Positions 61,042 through 64,000 of a stretch of DNA of 64,000 nt are shown in pieces (position 1 is the first letter of the stretch; each line of letters opens with the position of its first letter). Both the position numbers and the translations under genes were made by a program. The notes below the pieces were generated by a model. The model was not told the DNA's origin, did no database searches, and saw nothing but the letters and a program-made list of their open reading frames with translations. The stretch comes from Yuukianura sp. NJ FZ-2021 (taxonomy: Eukaryota), in NCBI GenBank assembly GCA_046563655.1, contig CM102283.1, positions 806,001 through 870,000 of the forward strand. Direction: 5' to 3'.

Positions 61042-63540
61042 ATGACTACGAAATGTGAGAAATCGTATCTTTCCAATAAGCTCAGTTCTGAAGTTCATGA
61101 TTCGGATATTTCAAAACGGTTTTCATTGGACGCCAAGTACAGAGGACTTAACAAATGCATTTGGTATGAGTAATTAACGCAATCTTACAGAATCCGATCT
61201 TAGTTTAGGCTTCCATAAACCTGTTAAATTACAAAAAAAAAAAAGGCGAAAACACCCCATTGTTAAATTAAATAGAAAGGGGCGGAGAGAAATGTAGAAA
61301 CAAGAAATTGTCGTATTAAGTTTAAGGGTGTCCAAAGACTTAATGCCCGCTTTCACCAACCCGTGGTTTTAGCAATGATTTCATGCAGGTAATTTGAAGA
61401 AAACAATTTGGCCAAAAGTGAAATGACCAAAAAGTGAAAAAATCATAACAGGTCGGAATGGAGAACGATTAGAAAATTATTTCTATGCATTAACGAAAAG
61501 TTAGCAATTTCTTAAGTTCTTACTTTGGTTAAAGTGGGCATAAACCTTCGGGCACCCAGCAAAATTTTCAAGAAAATTTTCTTACTTCTCACCAGTAACA
61601 ATTGGGAGCAACAAAAAAAAACTCCCACCTCTTAGAAAACACTAACTTCAGACCTGTAGAAGGTTAGAATAAATCGAATAAACTCAACTATGTAATGACC
61701 AAAGTTCTTAATTAATAATTAGGAAGGAATTCCATGATTTGAGCAGAAAATATTGTCCAGTTGACCTCTCTTATGGCTCTCCAGACTTTACGCCTGCTCA
61801 ACAAATTGTCAACCAATGGAACACTTACTGCCTCACAAACGATTCTCAAATGCATCAGTACACTGCAATGTCTGTAAGAGTCAACGAAGTATTAAATAGC
61901 AGAATGCATTTTTGAGTCCAGCTCTGAATGAATGAAAAAAAAACTTCACCAAAAACAAATCATTTTCAGAAAAAGTTATAAAGCTAGAAATGCTAATTTT
62001 GCAATGTGAAATATTTCTGTTTGATTTTAGGGTCATCCGAGGCTAGTGAATGTGCTGGCCAAACTTTACGGAAAAATATTAAATAGGGTCATCGACCCCA
62101 ACCAGGTTTGTTTTTTGCGTCGTAGTACAATATGATGCATTTATCAATAAACATAGTATATAAGTTAAAAATATTCAATTTGTATTTTATGCTAATAAAT
62201 AGGAAATTCTCATCACAATTGGTGCCTCCAACGCCCTTTTCTGTTCCCTTATGTCCAACATTGGCCATGGAGAAGAAGTGAATAATCTTTAATGACACAG
62301 TGAACTTTTGTATACTTTTAGCATAAAGAGTGTTTTTATTATGACAAGCCCAGGTTATCCTGATTGAACCGGCTTTCGACATTTACGAAAGTTTGGTGAC
62401 TTTAGCTGGAGGAAGAACTGTTTTTATTCCTTTAAGACCAACGGATCCTTCGAATGAGTCCAGTGCTTCATGGAAACTGGACATACGCGAACTGGAAAGT
62501 CTTTTTAATTCCAAAACAAAAGCACTTATTCTAAACAATCCTACGAATCCTCTGGGGAAAGTATTTTCCAAGTCTGAATTAATTGTAAGAGTTCATCTGT
62601 TATGGCTTATTACTGTATACACACTTTCAGTAAATATTTTATTCCATACTCTTATGCTTTATACTTTTATAATTCATGTTTGCAGGAAATCGCCAATCTT
62701 TGCAGAAAGTACAAAGTGATGATCATCAGTGATGAGGTTTACGAGTGGTTTGTTTTTGATGGAACAACGCATGAACGCATGAGCTCCATCTTATGGGACC
62801 AAACCGTGAAACTCTCAATTGTTTTAGAAGCATTTTGGAAAATGGTTTCAAAATTATGAAACTCAATTTTACTCGATTACTTTAGGTCACGATTGGGTCT
62901 GTTGGAAAAACGTTTGGTTTAACTGGATGGCGAATTGGTTGGGCCTTTGGGCCATCGTATCTCATCAGTAACCTCCAAGTAGCTTCCAGAAACGGGATCT
63001 ACCAAGTGGAAACTCCAGGGCAAGAGATCATCGCTGCCACGCTGGAAGCTGAAATTGAAAAACTTGGAACATCGGATTCCATATTTGCAAAACTAAGACT
63101 AGATTTGGAGAAACGAAGGAACCAAATGGTACAAATTGTGAGAGACTGCGGCATGACTCCAATTGTACCAGAAGGGGGCATTTTTGTTATTGCCAATTGG
63201 AAGTCACTGGGTGAGCAATATGAGCATTTCCATTGTAGTCAAATTATATACCTTAATGCCTGATGGTCACAGAGTTTGTAATTAAGAAACTTAAATTTTA
63301 GCGTCAAGTATTGACTGGGAAGATGACAGTGATGAGCGGAGAGACATCCGCTTTGTTCATTGGTTAGTGAAACATCGAAACCTATTGGCCATTCCACCGT
63401 CTTTGTTCTACTGTCCAGCACACAAAGACTTGGCTCAGGACTACATTCGACTTTGTTTCTACAGGAAAACTGAAACACTGACCAAAGCCAGTCAAATCCT
63501 CATGGAATTGAAAAGTTCTTCGAAAAGTATTGAAAACTGA
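61042..63540 (+). CDS. Kynurenine--oxoglutarate transaminase-like class I/II PLP aminotransferase (KYAT/CCBL family)
   Basis: VDLSYGSPDF, HQYT..GHPRLV..LAKLY, EILITIGA, VILIEPAFD.Y, LILNNPTNPLGKVFS, ISDEVYE, TIGSVGKTFGLTGWRIGW (PLP lysine), IPPSLFY, YIRLCF; multi-exon. Confidence 0.93.
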
Positions 63541-64000
63541 AAATTCAAATGCAAATCAAACTCATGTTTTCTTTTCTTTGTAACTTTATGTTTGTATACT
63601 TCACTGTATCCATTTCCACATTCATCCTCAAACGTCGACTGGACAAAAATATAATTTTCTTTGAGAGTTTTTGAATCTACCCAATTCACCCAGTTATCTT
63701 CAATAAACTTTGACTCTCCAGGAATGGTGAAGTCACTTTTCATACTGCTGCATAACAATTCTGGAGCAATTGACAGCTGAATTACGTCTTTCAAAGTGGT
63801 TGAAAGCTTTCAATGGATTAGAACTTAACTGAATGCAGATTACGATTTATCACTACATTTGAACCACAAAGCAGGCAGGCGATTGCACTCGTTCAGTTAG
63901 AAATTCCAGCTTTTCAATCAGTAAATTCACAGCTTCGAACAAAAGTTCATCTAGCTTTCGATCCTAAGAGACGGAATCCTACTCATTTTATCCACATTCT
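63492..64000 (-). pseudogene. Possible decayed coding fragment converging on the aminotransferase 3' end
   Basis: 100-codon ORF 63794-63492 with protein-like composition; the upstream continuation has stops. No domain recognised. Confidence 0.2.

Overview
Eukaryotic, AT-rich DNA with many short GT-AG introns. The gene families (divergent 7TM chemoreceptor-like genes, EB-module Cys-rich protein, MADF protein) point to an arthropod, possibly a springtail; this is inference only. No prokaryotic features or CRISPR arrays were seen. Bases 1-31.5 kb are a nested cluster of mobile-element remnants. These include a 6.3-kb element with ~210-bp terminal inverted repeats, AG...CT ends and a perfect 6-bp target duplication (Maverick/Polinton-like, non-autonomous). 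It carries a chromodomain-zinc-finger gene, two paralogous ORFs with an unrecognised shared domain, and minisatellite arrays. There is also a Penelope-like RT C-terminus followed by tightly packed membrane-protein ORFs with splice acceptors, an LTR element that splits a protein-primed PolB fragment, Gypsy remnants, and zinc-finger genes/pseudogenes. Bases 32-64 kb are gene-dense: two chemoreceptor-like pseudogenes, a PhyH dioxygenase, a large uncharacterised membrane protein, a MADF protein, CDK2AP1 directly upstream of a DPH7-like gene, a small 2-TM protein, ERGIC1, an intronless outspread/MPRIP-like gene, a frameshifted Cys-rich secreted protein and a kynurenine aminotransferase. All family calls come from motif recognition by eye; no database searches were run.
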